Source of the DNA: Octopus vulgaris
Taxonomy: Eukaryota
Direction of reading: 5' to 3'
Assembly: GCA_951406725.2 (NCBI GenBank)
Contig: OX597824.1
Coordinates: 24,490,001-24,554,000 of the forward strand
Length of the DNA: 64,000 nucleotides
Positions 38,378-52,349 of the stretch are shown here, piece by piece. Every line of letters starts with the position of its first letter. The stretch's first letter is position 1. The notes under the pieces are model-generated. The model was not told where the DNA came from. It saw nothing but the letters and a program-made list of their open reading frames with translations, and made no database searches. Both the position numbers and the translations under genes were made by a program.

Positions 38378-38550
38378 CAGGATGTTCATAAATTACTTTT
38401 ACAATTTGAAAAATGCGAAATTTTTTTTTAATGGTAAATAAGGATAAGTCAGAATAGTTTATTGGGAAAGAAATAAACTTTTATTAGAAACATCAGAAAC
38501 CAACAAATACAATGAATTGTGGAAGTTGTAAAGATAGTTTATGAACATCT
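38378..38550. mobile_element. Small Tc1/mariner-type MITE
   Basis: Imperfect TIRs caggatgttcataaattacttttacaa / ttgtaaagatagtttatgaacatct, TA flanks. Confidence 0.5.
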
Positions 38551-38600
38551 TATTTACACACACACGCATATATATATATTTATATATATATATATATATA

Positions 38601-38695
<95 letters not shown>

Positions 38696-38850
38696 GACGA
38701 CTTCTTTCAGTTTCCGCCTATCAAATCCACTCACAAGGCTTTTGTTTGGCCAGAGGCTATAGTAGAAGACACTGACTCAAGGAGCCATGCAGTGGGATGA
38801 ACATGGAACCATGTGGTCGGGACGCAAGCTTCTTACTACACACCCACGCC

Positions 38851-38912
<62 letters not shown>

Positions 38913-39395
38913 TGTGTATGTATGTACACGGGCTTCCCTACAGTTTTCGTCCACTAAATTCACTGTTAAGGCATCGGTCGGTCGTGAGCTATCGTAGAGA
39001 GACACTTGCCCAATGTGACGAGCAGTAAGACTGACCTCGAAACTTACTGTTTTTATTCGGGAAGAACATCAATTAGATTGATGTCATTCCATTTGGTTAA
39101 GGCCATGAATAGAGAACCCCAACCTATTAAAAATTGAAAGCTTAAAAATTGTAGAAGACATGCTCAAATTCAGAACCACGTGGTTGGTTTTGTAGCGAAC
39201 CTATTCACCACTCGCACAGTCCCTCCTGGAGCTATGTTATCTCTGCTCTTTTGCTTACAACGGGGAATGGGTTGAACTTTGTTAGACCCATACTGGCAAA
39301 GTTTTAGATTCCCGCTAGATAAAAGTTTACTACATACACATCGATAATGACTTGGATAAGAGCAAACACACACACACACATTCATAGATACATAC

Positions 39396-39447
<52 letters not shown>

Positions 39448-39488
39448 GTAAAAGTAAAAAGATACAAACTGGGACAAGAACGTGAAAC

Positions 39489-39584
39489 ATTAGAAGACGA
39501 CACAAGAAAAAAAAACGGAACATTCGAAGCCTTCAATCTTCAGTCAAGAACCGGATCATCTTCGCAATTTCGGCTGATTAATCT

Positions 39585-39631
<47 letters not shown>

Positions 39632-39653
39632 GCATATAGATGAAATGAAAACA

Positions 39654-39703
<50 letters not shown>

Positions 39704-39791
39704 CAGCCGAAATTGCGAAGATGATCCGGTTCTTGACTGAAGATTGAAGGCTTCGAATGTCCCGTTCGTGTTTCTTGTGTCGTCTTCTAAT
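39489..39791. repeat. Inverted repeat with 90-bp arms around (TA)n
   Basis: 39489-39578 is the near-perfect reverse complement of 39702-39791. Confidence 0.9.
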
Positions 39792-39805
39792 ATATATATA
39801 TATAT

Positions 39806-40150
39806 AATTCAGGACCAGGTATTGCAATAGTCTAGGGTTCAAAGGCCCACAGCTCTTCAATGCCCCTGACACATAAATTAAGAAATTTGCATAAGGTCGA
39901 AGTAGATGTCTTCAAAAAGGAACCAGACATCTTCCTCTCCATAATACCGGATGAACCAACAGCCCAACATGAGGTACAGACAAGGGCAACGGAATCAAAC
40001 TCCCATTATACCATTATAAATGTACCAACAGCTGGGACAAAGGCACATACAGGAGTGGTGATGTGAAACACCCAGACTGGGGAAGTCAGAAAGACCATGG
40101 TGGTGCTCCAGCATGACCACGGCCACATGGCTGAAACGAGTAAAAGTGTA
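39806..40150 (+). pseudogene. CR1-group LINE 3' end (ORF2 C-terminus and tail)
   Basis: Translates YCNSLGFKGPQLFNA/..KLRNLHKVEVDVFKKEPDIFLSIIPDEP; tail ggtggtgctccagcatgaccac..gctgaaacgagtaaaa. Confidence 0.75.
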
Positions 40151-40164
40151 TATACATACTCTCT

Positions 40165-40566
40165 TTCTCTCTTTTATTTGTTTCAGTCATTTGACTGCGG
40201 CCATGCTGGAGCATCGCCTTTAATCGAGCAACTCGACCCCCGGGACTTATTCTTTGTAAGCCCAGTACTTATTCTATGGGTTTCTTTTGCCGAACCGCTA
40301 AGTAACGGGGACATAAACACACCAGCATCGGTTGTCAAGCAATGCTAGGGCGACAAACACAGACACACAAACATATACACACACATACATATATATATAC
40401 ACATATACGAAAGGCTTCTTTCAGTTTCCGTCTACCAAATCCACTCACAAGGCATTGGTCGGCGCGGGGCTATAGCAGAAGACACTTGCCCAAGATGCCA
40501 CGCAGTGGGACTGAACCCGGAACCATGTGGTTGGTAAGCAAGCCACTTACCACACAGCCACTCCTG
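40165..40566 (-). mobile_element. SINE family A, near full length
   Basis: Reverse match to 46016-46424. Confidence 0.9.
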
Positions 40567-40585
40567 TATATATATATATATATAT

Positions 40586-40993
40586 ATTTCTTTACTACCC
40601 ACAAGGGGCTAAACACAGAGGGGACAAACAAGGACAGACAAACGGATTAAGTCGATTACATCAACCCTAGTGCGTAACTGGTACTTAATTTATCGACCCC
40701 GAAAGGATGAAAGGCAAAGTCGACCTCGGCGGAATTTGAACCCAGAACGTAACGGCAGACGAAATACCTATTTTTTTATTACCCACAAGGGGCTAAACAT
40801 AGAGGGGACAAACATGGACAGACATAGGTATTAAGTCGATTACATCGACCCCAGTTCGTAACTGGTACTTAATTTATCGACCCCGAAAGGATGAAAGGCA
40901 AAGTCGACCTCGGCGGAATTTGAACCCAGAACGTAACGGCAGACGAAATACCGCTAAGGATTTCGCCCGACGTGCTAACGTTTCTACCAGCTC
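40586..40993 (-). mobile_element. SINE family B dimer
   Basis: Two units and one head. Confidence 0.9.
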
Positions 40994-41057
40994 ACAAACA
41001 CAAATATATATACATATATATATATACGCGAGAAAGAAGCAACAAGAATGGATAGGT

Positions 41058-41148
41058 TTTTAGTACAATCGTTTCATACAAGGACAGGCTTTATTAAAAG
41101 TTGCAAAAATTGCAGCATATAAACGTGTCCCGTACTCATCAGCTAAAA
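41058..41148 (-). ncRNA. Type I hammerhead ribozyme motif (left arm)
   Basis: Mirror image of 41685-41775. Confidence 0.75.
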
Positions 41149-41684
41149 TACATGTGAGTTCTCTAGACATCCTAGTGGTTGAGGCTATACTCATGAAGTA
41201 ATGTAGATAATTAAGTAACATAAACAGATTTCCAAAGTTCATTAAAGTTCTTTAAAGATGATGTACAGTCTTATCACAGAATTTTAAAAAAGTTTTAATA
41301 GCATCACAGAGAAGGTGACTTAATCCATAGTGTACATATGAATTTCCAGAGATATGAGGAGGGATTACAAAGGATTAATTCACCCTCTCTGTAATGCTAA
41401 TAAGCAGGAATTGAGACCCACCTCGTTGTGATTAGCAATGGATAAATTTGTCGTCTGTGAGTATGTAATCCCTCCTCATATCTCTGGAAATTCATATGTA
41501 CACTATGGATTAAGTCACCTTCTCTGTGATGCTATTAAAACTTTTTTAAAATTCTGTGATAAGACTGTACATCATCTTTAAAGAACTTTAATGAACTTTG
41601 GAAATCTGTTTATGTTACTTAATTATCTACATTACTTCATGAGTATAGCCTCAACCACTAGGATGTCTAGAGAACTCACATGTA

Positions 41685-41775
41685 TTTTAGCTGATGAGTA
41701 CGGGACACGTTTATATGCTGCAATTTTTGCAACTTTTAATAAAGCCTGTCCTTGTATGAAACGATTGTACTAAAA
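41685..41775 (+). ncRNA. Type I hammerhead ribozyme motif (right arm)
   Basis: uuuuag CUGAUGA guacgggaca...uguccuuguau GAAA cgauug UA cuaaaa: 6-bp stem I, long stem II, GUA cleavage triplet. Confidence 0.75.
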
Positions 41776-41920
41776 ACCTATCCATTCTTGTTGCTTCTTT
41801 CTCGCTTATAATCACCCCACATTACTGTATTGTTAAAACCGTATAGTTTTTTGGTGCATCTAAGTTAGGTACCATATTCAAGTAAATTCATTTAAATTAA
41901 CTTGAATCTTTATTGCCTTT

Positions 41921-42176
<256 letters not shown>

Positions 42177-42822
42177 AATAGCAAGTATACAGCGTGAACG
42201 CTGCACCACCCGTGTGTCTGTCACCTTGTGCCCTAAAATGTAGGTCGTTTGTCTCTTTATCAACGAAAATCCTTTTGTTTATTTATTTATTTATTTTCTT
42301 TTTATTGTAACTTTTTATTTTCTTCCATTCATACAAACGTTAACTTTTTTTTTTTGTCATCTCTTATTCTCTTTTTTTTTTCTATTAACGACTTCTCGTA
42401 CTTTCGTACAGTTGTGATGACTTGGTCACTCAGTTAGTGAGTAAATAGTGAATCCCTCTTCTAACAACACACGTATTCTCACACCCATAAAGTGTCTTTT
42501 TTATATATACACTCATACGCACAAACATTCATGCATACATGCGTACTTCAATCTCTGTGTCTGTCTGCCTGTCTCCCTTTCTTTCCATCTATCTCTCTCT
42601 CTCTCTCTCTCTGTCTACTTACATACACACAACACATTATATACCTACCCTTATATACCTTCTCATCCGTTCTCATACACCATAACCAACAAATCAATTC
42701 ATTCACCACCATGAAGAGAAAAAAATTTCAAAAAAACTTTCTCGTCCATCACCTCTTCCCTTGCTTCTCCTCCTTTGCTTGTTATCTTCCTCTCCCCTCA
42801 ATCCCTTCTATCCTCCTTTTGC

Positions 42823-42856
<34 letters not shown>

Positions 42857-43436
42857 TTCAGAGACCACCAAACATCCTTTAGGGTCATTGCTTGGTCAAT
42901 GAGAGTGGGGGAAAATATGTGTGTGAGAATGAAAGGGGGTGGGGCGGGTGGATATAAAGAAAGATGGGTTGTGGTTTGTTGGGGATGGAGATGGAGATGG
43001 AGATGAGGATGGGGTGGAGAGCATCCCTCCAGCTTCTTTCTTTCATTGGATGCCGCTGGAGATGGTGTTAGTGATAGTAACGGTGCTGGCGGCGTCGGTA
43101 GGGAGTGAGGAATAAGATAACGGAATTCTCTACTTATTACATACACACATACACACACTCATATAAGTGTATATACATTATATATATATATAACACATAC
43201 ATGCGTATGTTCATATGTGCGTATATATTTATGCGTGCGTATACGGCTGCGTTCATGCTTGAAGCACGACTGTGATTTTCTATCATCGTGATTTTTCATT
43301 TCACCTACCCCTGGCATGTACTTATTATTATTAATATTATGTGTATATATATATATATATATATATAAGAATCTGTACATATACTGATATATATATATAC
43401 ATACACATTTTATAAACACACACACACACACACACA

Positions 43437-43472
<36 letters not shown>

Positions 43473-43587
43473 CATGTACGTATATTAAATATATATAAGA
43501 ATCTGTACATATACTGAGATATATATATGTATACATATACAAGTGTATATATATATATATGTATATAGGTTTGTACATATGTATATG

Positions 43588-43674
<87 letters not shown>

Positions 43675-43701
43675 ATAGGTACATATGTATATGTATATGC
43701 T

Positions 43702-43739
<38 letters not shown>

Positions 43740-44396
43740 CATACATAGACACATACACACATACTCATACATAGACGGTCATAGAAAAGTTATTTACACG
43801 CACGCGTTCTCAGAGGAAGGCGGAGAGCGGCTGCGATAGGGTGATAGGGTTTGTTATTTGGGAGATGTTTCTCACGCCGGCACAACATATTTGAGGTATT
43901 TCACTCCCATTCACTCCAGTCGTGCCTCCCACCTCTTCACCTACACCACCCACCTCCTTCAACTGCTTGTCTACATTTTTTTTCTTTTACTTTTTTTTTT
44001 TTAACCTAGCAAATCGCCTGACCCCTTTTGATAGGATTGAAGTGGGGTTAGGAAAGCGAAAGGGGCTGGGGGGGGGGGAGCTGAAGATCAAGGGACAGAT
44101 AAATCGTCGTACATACATAAGTACAGGTAGTAATTATATGGGACACCACGAGCCAAACGTGGTGGCCCTTGCGGGGTGGTCACGCGACCTGCTAAAAATA
44201 GCAGTGTGTTCTTCCTGATTCCTTCATCTTTTACCTGTTTCAGCCTTCAAGAAGAATTTTAGTCGAATGAATCGACAAGCTCTCTTCCCAACCAATACTG
44301 TTCGGGGGTTCAGTCCTACTACTGGGCAACTTCGGCAAAGCCGTCTGAGTAGATTTGGTAGACGGAAACTGAAAGAACATAAATAAATACATACAT

Positions 44397-44453
<57 letters not shown>

Positions 44454-44496
44454 TACATACATACATACACATACATACATACATACATACATACAT

Positions 44497-44549
<53 letters not shown>

Positions 44550-44566
44550 TACATACATACATACAT

Positions 44567-44597
<31 letters not shown>

Positions 44598-44756
44598 AAC
44601 ACACACGCACAGATATATGTATATATATATATATATACATATATACATGTACATATATTTACATATGTATATATGTATATACATATATACATATACATAC
44701 ATACATATATATGTATATGTATATATATATGTATACGTATATGTATATATATATGT

Positions 44757-44821
<65 letters not shown>

Positions 44822-45101
44822 CACACATACATATATATATATATATATATCTATGTGTGTCTATGTATGTATGTATGTATATAATGGAACAAAATGCGCA
44901 ATAGAGGACAATAAAACATCCGGACAGATAGACGATACAAAGTCGGACAGGAAAAGCAACAATCAGATTTACAGGAAAAAAAGGACGGGTCATTCGTGGC
45001 CTTCTTTCGTCAGTCAAGCAGCCAGATGTCCTTACAGTTTCAGATCGTTGGTAAGACATAAATTCGAAAAAGAAGCACACTCTAAGTTATAGAGCAGTAT
45101 A

Positions 45102-45685
45102 TAATATAAAATAAAATTAGGTGATGCCGGTTTATGGGATTACCCTGGATTTCATGTACATAAAGCGCTTAGCTTTACGGCGTATCATCAGATCTCCAAA
45201 CCAGTTGGCTTAACACCTCTCTAGAATGTGGTGGAGGAAAGGACCTCGCTGCCCAATGTCAACAACAGGGGATTGTCGCCTTTTGGCTCTCGATCGCAAG
45301 TGATCCTGTTATCTAGTGGATTCCAAAAGGCAAGCATTAATTTCCTGAAATGCAAACAGAGGCGAGAATTCTAAAGGACTCCCTCGACTCGAGCAACATC
45401 CTTAACTCCAGAACGGAGGTCTTTGGGCCGTGCTTGCATTTCAGAAAATTCCTGCTGACCTACTGAAATCCACAAGATAACAGGGTCATTTGCGATCGAT
45501 AGCCAAAAGGCGGCGATCCCCTGTTGTTGACATTGAGTAGCGAGGTCCTTTCCTCCTCCATATTCTAGAGAGGCATTAAGCCAACAGGTTGTGGAATCTG
45601 ATGATACTCCGTAAACTAAGTGCTTCATGGACGTGAAACCCATGGCAATCCCATAAACCGGTCTTATCTAACTTTATTTACATTA
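45102..45685. repeat. Diverged inverted repeat (arms about 250 bp) with hammerhead motifs
   Basis: 45102-45355 pairs with 45434-45685; CUGAUGA...GAAA motifs at 45136-45197 (-) and 45593-45652 (+). Confidence 0.8.
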
Positions 45686-45688
45686 AAC

Positions 45689-45725
<37 letters not shown>

Positions 45726-45941
45726 TCACAGATGAGATCCTGATAGTTTCTGTATAGAAGACACTTAGAAGTGCTCAAGAGATTCAAACATAGACCCCGA
45801 TGTCTTCACAGGGGATCATTCCATACCGTAAAGAAAGGTTATAAGAGGGATCAGGTTGAGCGGGTACAGAAGCAAATTAGATACATAAAATATATTAAAT
45901 ACAAAATACAGTTGCATTCGATGTATTTAATATATTTGGTA

Positions 45942-46829
45942 CTAGCTTAAGCTAGCTGCTGCGGAGGACTAATTCTGCCTACGGCCCAAAACTAAGAAAG
46001 GTTAAATAGCATATAGGCGCAGGAGTGGCTGTGTGGTAAGTAGATTGCTTACCAACCACATGGTTCCGGGTTCAGTCCCACTGCGTGGCATCTTGGGCAA
46101 GTGTCTTCTACTATAGCCTCGGGCCGACCAAAGCCTTGTGAGTGGATTTGGTAGACGGAAACTGAAAGAAGCCCGTCGTATATATGTATATATATGCGTG
46201 TGTGTGTTTGTGTGTCTGTGTTTGTCCCCCTAGCATTGCTTGACAACCGATGCTGGTGTGTTTATGTCCCCGTTACTTTGCGGTTCGGCAAAAGAGACCG
46301 ATAGAATAAGTACTGGGCTTACAAAAGAATAAGTCTCGGGGTCGAGTTGCTCGATTAAAGGCGGTGCTCCAGCATGGCCGCAGTCAAATGACTGAAACAA
46401 GTAAAAGAGTAAAGAGTAAAAGAGAACATGACTATAATACGTCTATAATGACTATATGCCCTGGTGGTGTTTGATCAGAGGTTAAGGATGGATGAGAATT
46501 AATTCTGTAATGCAAATCATTCTATTGTTCCAGTCCCAATTTGAATTCCAACTGTTGACCAATTTGTCCCAAAGTTCCTCCCTCGACGTAAAATGAATGA
46601 AGCAAATGTCATTTATCTCCCCACACCTTTGATTTCTTTCGCCATCTGACAAACGCCACCAAGATGGCGTGAATCATCCAAGCTTTATTATATGCTGGAA
46701 ATAGCAATCCATTTTTCAATCCCAGTATCATCCTGATTCCAAAAAGGTATATGCCTATGTAGAGCAAATGTAGGCTGAGATACAGGACTCCCAGACGGAC
46801 AGACAGAATTTCGCTTTTATTACTATAGA
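45942..46829 (-). mobile_element. Helitron-like element interrupted by a SINE
   Basis: CTAG end at 45942, TC start after acagacagaatttcgcttttatt; uninterrupted homologue at 56575-57100. Confidence 0.6.
46016..46424 (+). mobile_element. Full-length SINE family A
   Basis: tRNA-like head ggcgcaggagtggctgtgtggtaag...gggttcagtccc, ccttgggcaagtgtctt-type body, internal microsatellite, gtaaaaga-repeat tail. Confidence 0.9.
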
Positions 46830-46887
46830 TATTTGATGTGTCTAATTTGTTTATCCCGATAATTCCTTTTTTTCCCCCGATAATTGC

Positions 46888-46926
<39 letters not shown>

Positions 46927-47766
46927 TCCTCCCACCACTGCTTGTATGTTTACGTCCTCGTAACTTAGGGGTTCGGCAAAAGAGACCGAAAGAATAAATT
47001 CCAGGCTATTAAAAAGTAATTATTGGTGTCGATACGTTCAACTAAAAATTCTGTATACTCACCCAACATCGGTGGTCAAGTGGTTCTCGGGGTCAAATCA
47101 GAGATAAAGACAAACACACACACACACACACACACACATACACACACATCTATAATGTTATATTTGAGGATGGTCAGATATTTCTGCCAATCAGCAACAC
47201 GCATTATCTACTACAAGTTCTTTACTTCAGCTTTATTATTGTTCTTATCTAAGTGTCCTTTGTGTGAAATCTTTTCCTCACACGTCCTGTGATCTCTTCA
47301 ACGACTCTCCATCCCTCAGAACAGGAAAGGACATCTCGTCGATACCGTTTATCTTTCAGCTCTTACTTCCTTCGGCCACTGGACTGCGGTCAAGCTGGAG
47401 CACTGCCTTGAGGGGGCTTAATAGATCAAATCGAACCCAGTACTTATTTGTAAGTCTGGTACTTATTCTATCAGCCTGTTTTCCTGAACCGCTAAGTTAC
47501 GAGGTCGTAAACAAAGCAGCATCGGTTGTCAAACACACGCATGACGCACACACACACATATGGTGTTCCATAGTTTTCATTTACCATATTCTCTCACAAA
47601 GCATTGGTCAGTCTAGGGGCGAAACTTTATTTCCCACGAGAGTTCCGGACCACAGTTGTGAACTCTTTTACATACAGCCAATCAGCGGTCAACTGATAAA
47701 CTAATTTATGAGTGCATAACAAGTGATGGGCGATAAGGTCACTTGGGTAAGGAATGACCATGCTTT

Positions 47767-47837
<71 letters not shown>

Positions 47838-48267
47838 GTATATATATATATGTGTGTGTGTGTACGTCCTTGTAACTTAGCGGTTCGGTAAAAGATTCCG
47901 ATAGAATAAGTACCAGCCTTCACAAAAAATAGGTATTGGGGTCGATTCATTCAACTAATAATAATTCCTCAAGGCGGTGCCCCATAATGACCGAAACAAG
48001 AGATTTATATATCATACCGGAGCACCAATTTGAATAGTTCCAATCAAAGAAATCGACCGCAGGTAATTATTCGAGCGGCTTTTTTGCCGAATCACAACGT
48101 TACTATGACACAAATAGATGTAAGAAGGGCATCTTTCAGTCTCCGTCTACAAGATCCACTCACATGGCTTTGGTGGGCTCAAGGCTATAGTTGAAGACAC
48201 TTGCCCAGGGTGCCTCGCAGTAGGACTGAACCCGGAACCAAGTAAACGTCTTAACAAATTTTGGGTT

Positions 48268-48847
48268 TTTTCTGTTTTAGGCACAAAGCCCGAATTTTGG
48301 GAGAAAAAGGGACCAATCGATTAGATCGACCCCAGTACGCAACTGATACTTAATTTATCGACCTCGAAAGGATGAAAGGCAAAGTCGACCTCGGTAGAAT
48401 TTGAATTCAGAACATAAAGACAGACGAAATACCTATTTCTTTACTACCCACAAGGGGCTAAACATAGAGGGGACAAACAAGGACAGACGAACACGGATTA
48501 AGTCGATTATATCGACCCAGTGCGTAACTGGTACTTATTTAATCGACCCCGAAAGGATGAAAGGCAAAGTCGACCTCGGCGGAATTTGAACTGAGGACGT
48601 ATAACGGCAGACGAAATACCTATTTCTTTACTACCCACAAGGGGCTAAACACAGAGGGGACAAACAAGGACAGACATAGGTATTAAGTCGATTACATCGA
48701 TTCCAGTGTGTAACTGGTACTTAATTTATCGACCCCGAAAGGATGAAAGGCAAAGTCGACCTCGGCGGAATTTGAACTGAGAACGTATAACGGCAGACGA
48801 AATACCTATTTCTTTATTACCCACAAGGGGCTAAACACAGAGGGGAC
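48268..48847 (-). mobile_element. SINE family B multimer, 5'-truncated
   Basis: Three cores in tandem plus the terminal tail. Confidence 0.85.
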
Positions 48848-49406
48848 CCTTCAACTAGCAAACATTAGATTACTCTCTAAAAAGAAAAATTTAGAAAATT
48901 TACTCCTCAACATTTATTTTATTTTATTATCAATCAGAAAATGTTACAGGAGGGCCAAGCATTGTTCGTTCAAAAAAATACTGTTTTGTGTTGTTTTCCT
49001 GTTCATTTCACCAAGCCTTAGTTGTCGATGTACATAAAAGGTGGGGAGACAACAGCTAAATTGACCTTTGATCTTAGGTCAACTGGGGTCAGGCTTGACC
49101 AGAAGCTAAACAACAGGCAATATTTATTATGAATGAATATGCCTCTTTCTTCTACTCTTACCTCCCACCCCGAACAGTAACAAGTCTTCTCCCCATATTT
49201 CACAGACTGTTCACTACCATTACGACCACCACGATCACCACTTCCACCACAACATCCATCACACCACCACTACTACTATCACCACAACTCCTTGGTATTA
49301 TACATACAAGAAAGTAAATTTCGAATGCAATAAAACTACACTATCTTCCTCTATTGTTCATACAGCTCTAATGCGTTCGAAATTTACTTTGTTGTCTGTA
49401 AAATAT

Positions 49407-49511
<105 letters not shown>

Positions 49512-49843
49512 TGATTTTGAATTTGTCTTGATGAGTTCGTAAACGAACGAAAGCGCAGGTAAAGGATTATCCAAAATTCTGACTGCCTCCTTTTTCTCAA
49601 TATACAATATCTGTACACCACTTCAAACACTCTATACATGCATGCATACATACATACATACATACATACATACATACATACATACATACATACATACATA
49701 CATACGTACATACATACATACATATATATATATATATAACGGGAAGCTTTATGAAAATAAACAAAAGACGAAGGCAGGTGGAGTACAAACAAACAATTGT
49801 ATTAGTATGGCGCTCATATACATATGTGTGTATATTTGTATAC

Positions 49844-49915
<72 letters not shown>

Positions 49916-49971
49916 ACCGTTGGCGATTTTTTTCCTCTGTCTTCCCTTCCTTGAACCTTTCCTCTTCCTAT

Positions 49972-50006
49972 GTTTCTGACGAAGAGCTCCGCTCGAAACG
50001 TTAAAT
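49972..50006 (+). ncRNA. Minimal type I hammerhead motif
   Basis: guuu CUGACGA a gagc ucc gcuc GAA ACGU U aaau; lies in a remnant (49915-50105) flanked by (TG)n and (TA)n. Confidence 0.7.
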
Positions 50007-50101
50007 CCTCTTTCTTTCTTTCCTTTCCTGAGCATCCAATAACACTGTACTTGTTCCACGTCCTCGCGTTGTGTTTTCTCTTTGTGTTTTCATGTTTGGA
50101 T

Positions 50102-50150
<49 letters not shown>

Positions 50151-50160
50151 TGTAGAAGCT

Positions 50161-50231
<71 letters not shown>

Positions 50232-50344
50232 TTCTTTACTGCCTGGACGGGGCTAAACATAGAGGGGACAAACAAGGATAAAGGGATTAAGTCGATTACA
50301 TCGACCCAGTGCGAAACTGGTACTTTACCTATACATATAGGTAG

Positions 50345-50728
50345 GTGCAGGCATAGATGTGTGGTAAGTAGCTAGCTTACCAACCACATGGCTCCGGGTT
50401 CAGTCCCACTGCGTGGCACCTTGGGCAAGGGTCTGCTACCACAGCCTTGGGCCGACCAAAGCATCGTGAGTGGATTTGGTAGACGGAAACTGAAAAGAAG
50501 CCCGTCGTATATATGTGTGTGTATATATATGTGTATATATGTTCGTGTGTCTGTGTTTGTCCCTCCCTAACATCGTTTGACAACCGATGCTGGTGTGTTT
50601 ACGTCCCCGTAACTTAGCGGTTCGGCAAAAGAGACCGATAGAATAAGTACTAGGCTTACAAAGAATAAGAACTGGGACTAAAGGCGGTGCTCCAGCATGG
50701 CCGCAATCAAATGACTGAAACAAGTAAA
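50345..50728 (+). mobile_element. SINE family A
   Basis: Head-to-tail match with a small internal deletion. Confidence 0.9.
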
Positions 50729-50814
50729 TATATACATATGTGTGTGTGTGCGTGGTATTGTTTCGCCTCGGTCAACATGGTTGTAGTAGTAGTAGTAGTA
50801 GTTGTAGTAGTAGT

Positions 50815-50847
<33 letters not shown>

Positions 50848-50862
50848 AGCAGCAACAGCAAC

Positions 50863-50900
<38 letters not shown>

Positions 50901-50919
50901 AGTTAAATTTACGATTCCC

Positions 50920-51260
50920 TTACCCGCCATTTAGCTCTTACAAGAAACGGGTGCCTTTGCACCCGGCTTGCTCTTTTGTCCTTATACTCCCATTTCCACA
51001 ATCAGACACCAACCTACCCCGCAAACTCCCTTTTTTTCTCTCTCTCTCTATCATTACATTCCACAAGCACGTGTACATGCACACGCGGGAATTCACACAC
51101 TCACTCATCCACGCATACACCCTGCATGGAATCTTCCTTTGTTCATGCTATATAAGGGTAACGTCCTTTTTATATTAGGGTACGTTTGACGTCAGAACAA
51201 AGATAGCGGGCTTTTGGGTGGAAAAGAGCAAAAAAAAAAAAAATGGCGGCAACTGTAACA
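50920..51260. promoter_or_regulatory. Candidate promoter/enhancer motif cluster
   Basis: TATATAA at 51149, palindromic CRE TGACGTCA at 51187, YY1-type AAAATGGCGGC at 51240, CGCGGGAA at 51084. Confidence 0.3.
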
Positions 51261-52199
51261 TTCTCCAGGAGGTGGTGGTTGTGTTGGTGGTGGTGGTGGT
51301 GGTGGTGGTGATGGTGTTCGTGCTGGTGTTGGTGCTGTTGGTGGTGATGATGGCGGTGATGATGCTGGTGGTGAGGTGATGGTTATTGTACAGTAGCGTT
51401 TGTGTGGTGGTGGTGGTGGTGGTGGTGGTGGTGGTGGTGATGGTTGTGGTGGTGGTGATGGTGGTGTCTATGCTGAGGGCAAAGTACAGAATAGATGTGG
51501 GTGGGGATTATCATTGGTTACATCTGCCCGAATCGAACTGGATCTCCGATCAAAGGCATTCCCAGCCTCCTTTCTCGCCTTTCCCGCCATTTTTAAAGGT
51601 TATCTCGAGCGTACATCATTGAACGAGTTGTTCTTCACCCTTCATACAAGTAAAGTGAGGTTTGAAGGAAATTTAGCTGCTATTTTTAGCAAGCATTTTT
51701 TTTATGTGACCACGTAAACACACCGTCACTTGCTCGAAGTGGTGATGTTGCCAGCAGTGGTGGTGAACGTGGTGATGAAGATGATGATGATGATGATGAT
51801 GATATATATATATATATATATATATAATAACAAAATAATAAATAAAACATATGCATATATACATACATATATATACGTACCTACATCTATATGTATATAT
51901 ACATGCATATATGGGTACAGGATACCAAAAAAACGTCGAACACAATGAGAAACGAAAACATAAAAACAAAATGAAGGAAACGGACATTTAAACAGCGAAA
52001 AAACAAAGTACAAGACATACAACACAAGGAAAATCCCCCTTCTTCAGCCGCTTCTGTTTCGTTTACTCCGTGATTCGAAGGTAAAGGCGAGACACGAATC
52101 CATGGAAACAATCCTTCCCGCAAAGCAAATTAAATAAAATTTGAGATTTTTTGCAGAGGGGTAAAAGTGGTAACAAAAACAGGACAGTAAAGACAATAT

Positions 52200-52349
52200 A
52201 TATTTTGCCAAATAAAACTTAAATGTTGAAGTGATTCTAACGGTTTTTGTGTTTTTAAATGGCTTCTAAACACATTCCACGCTGCGATTGTTTTCGTTCC
52301 AGCCCACGAGCTCAGATCAGGTCACTTGCTATGCAAGTACATCTCCATA
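52200..52349 (-). repeat. Dispersed repeat fragment (homologue at 61679-61841, +)
   Basis: ggagatgtactt.catagcaagtgacctgatctgag present in both orientations; both copies near (TA)n. Confidence 0.75.

Noticed and set aside
39735-39765. CUGAAGA...GAA as a further hammerhead (similar at 45010 and 52050)
   Set aside because: No GAAA/UH core and no closing stem I, so not counted
41060-41773. Identical 60-aa ORFs on both strands
   Set aside because: Consequence of the inverted repeat; the peptide has no recognisable features
44180-44205. Perfect MEF2-type CTAAAAATAG site
   Set aside because: Part of an old dispersed repeat motif (gacctgctagaaatagcag) also seen near 14680, 15735, 17795 and 51680
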